DNA of 40,006 nucleotides from a virus (Duplodnaviria; Heunggongvirae; Uroviricota; Caudoviricetes): IMG/VR virus record IMGVR_UViG_2568526473_000002, positions 1 to 40,006 of that record; one strand, 5' to 3'. Shown piece by piece: positions 38,452 to 40,006 of this stretch (position 1 is its first letter; each line of letters starts with the position of its first letter). The notes under the pieces were generated by a model. It saw only the letters and a program-made list of their open reading frames with translations, ran no database searches and was not told where the DNA came from. The position numbers and the translations under genes were made by a program.

Positions 38452-38592
38452 ATGCTTATTGGCTATGTACGTGTATCAACAAATGACCAGAACACCGATC
38501 TACAACGTAATGCGTTGAACTGTGCAGAATGTGACCGGATTTTTGAGGGTAAAATGAGAGTGAGCATATTGCGTCACTTCAGCATGCTGTAG
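38452..38592 (+). pseudogene. Truncated serine DNA invertase (Pin/Gin/Hin family), N-terminal 46 codons only
   Basis: MLIGYVRVSTNDQNTDLQRNAL matches the catalytic N-terminus of Pin-type invertases (Ser nucleophile region); frame ends at TAG 38590-38592, whereas intact invertases are about 190 aa. Confidence 0.8.
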
Positions 38593-39256
38593 ATCTGGAA
38601 ATTACAACGGAGGAGGAAAGATTGTTGCTAGAGGCATGGAAGTATCGGGTGCTGCTGAACAGTGTAGACACTTCCGTTACGCCAGATATCGAGTGGCTTA
38701 TTCAACCATAATAAACAGTATGTATATCATAGGTTATTAATTGTGAGTTTTTTCGGTGTGTTATTTGTTGGTTTGATGTTATGCTTTTGCGCCCCAAAAA
38801 GTTGTTTAGATGTATTTTATCAATTGATTTTCAATATCGTTTAATAAAGAAAAGTTAAGCAATCCGGATGTTGGTTTTTTGTTAATTGAATGGTTCTAAT
38901 AATGTTTTGTTACTGTTGTTGAATGTGACTTGATAAGAAATGCAAGTAAAAATGATACTCTTTTTATTTTAAATTCAAACGGTTGACATATATATAGCAA
39001 GAGGTTTCAGGTGCGTTGTAGTGAGTTTATGTTAATAAAAAGAATAGTAAGCGTTGAAAAATGTAACTTTGAAATACGTTAGAATAAAAAATAATATACA
39101 TATAATAATTTAATCTTAAATGAAATTTATTAAAATTTGCAAACTATAATTTTGTGTATAAAAATATAAATGCACATCATCCTGATTATGATTGTGTATT
39201 TAATTGGTTGTTATTTGACTATTATCAACTTGTTTTAATTTTATGATAGGTGCAAG

Positions 39257-40006
39257 ATGGATTATGTTTGCTCCGTAGTTTTCATCTGTCAATCATTTGA
39301 TTTAATTATAAACAGGAGAGTTATCTCGTTCAAAAAAAATTCATTGTTTATTGTAAGCGACAAAATTAGAAGGGAGTTACCAGTATGCCCCTCTAAACTA
39401 AGAATTGTTGATATAGATAAGAAAACATGTTTATCCTTTTTTATCGACGTGAATAATGAGCTGCCTGGCAAATTTACTCTTGATAAGAATGGCTATATTG
39501 CTGAAGAGGAACCTCCATTATCGCTTGTTTTTTCTCTGTTTGAAGGGATTAAAATAGCAGACTCACACTCCCTTTGGTTAAAAGAACGACTATGTATATC
39601 CTTACTTGCCATGTTCAAAAAACGCGAAAGTGTAAATTCATTTATACTAACAAATATAAATACATTTACCTGTAAAATTACTGGAATAATCAGTTTTAAT
39701 ATTGAGCGGCAATGGCATTTAAAAGATATTGCGGAATTGATTTATACGAGTGAAAGTTTAATAAAAAAAAGATTAAGGGATGAAGGAACGTCATTTACTG
39801 AAATATTGAGAGACACTAGGATGAGGTATGCAAAAAAACTCATAACTTCAAACTCTTATTCTATCAATGTTGTAGCCCAGAAATGTGGCTATAACAGTAC
39901 TTCATATTTCATATGTGCATTTAAAGATTATTATGGTGTCACGCCATCTCATTATTTTGAGAAAATAATCGGCGTCACAGATGGAATAAACAAAACAATT
40001 GACTGA
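39257..40006 (+). CDS. appY: AraC-family transcriptional regulator, AppY-like (249 aa)
   Basis: C-terminal AraC-type HTH region (…[39 protein letters not shown]…[23 protein letters not shown]); sequence matches E. coli AppY as recalled; sits in very AT-rich DNA. Confidence 0.8.

Larger units (their letters stand above)
1..38592. mobile_element. Lambdoid prophage, mosaic: lambda-like early/replication/lysis modules, HK97-like head, Mu/SfV-like contractile tail. Left end (attL) lies outside the window; right end is approximate.
   Basis: Contiguous phage gene order from int to tail fibres and invertase remnant; abrupt switch to AT-rich non-phage DNA after about 38600. Confidence 0.9.

Noticed and set aside
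38593-39256. Possible small ORFs or ncRNA in the AT-rich junction before appY
   Set aside because: No ORF of meaningful length and no conserved structure discernible by eye; more likely promoter or H-NS-bound leader DNA. attR could not be placed without the attL sequence.
1-40006. tRNA, rRNA, IS/transposase and CRISPR-Cas searches by eye
   Set aside because: No cloverleaf-like conserved tRNA ends, no transposase-like ORF with terminal inverted repeats, and no repeat-spacer arrays were seen. The integration-site tRNA, if any, would lie left of position 1.

Overview
The window is almost entirely one mosaic lambdoid prophage (about 1..38592) followed by an AT-rich junction and an AraC-family regulator that I read as appY. 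All calls are from reading the sequence and the ORF track by eye; no searches or computations were run. The early left arm is lambda-like: a DLP12-type tyrosine integrase and xis, small accessory ORFs including a TraR/DksA-like zinc finger, then exo, bet and gam that are near-identical to lambda as recalled from memory. The immunity region has lambda architecture (OL - two unknown genes - cI - OR - cro) but with different operators and no recognisable N. The two AT-rich unknown genes sit exactly where lambda carries rexA-rexB, and are my top candidate for an undescribed prophage-encoded exclusion or abortive-infection system. Replication genes O (with four ori iterons inside it) and P are lambda-like. 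The ren position holds an AT-rich cargo island: a 1184-aa intimin/invasin-family inverse autotransporter adhesin converging on a lipoprotein alpha/beta-hydrolase. The nin region (ninB, ninE, ybcO, rusA, ylcG), a Q-position protein, and a lambda-type lysis cassette (holin, R transglycosylase, Rz, Rz1) follow, then a small moron with its own terminator and an HNH endonuclease. The virion module combines an HK97-like head (TerS, TerL, portal, protease, capsid) with a Mu/SfV-like contractile tail (sheath, tube, frameshifted chaperone, tape measure, baseplate). It ends in a Gin/Pin-type invertible tail-fibre segment whose adjacent invertase is truncated to 46 codons. No tRNA, rRNA, CRISPR array or IS element was seen.
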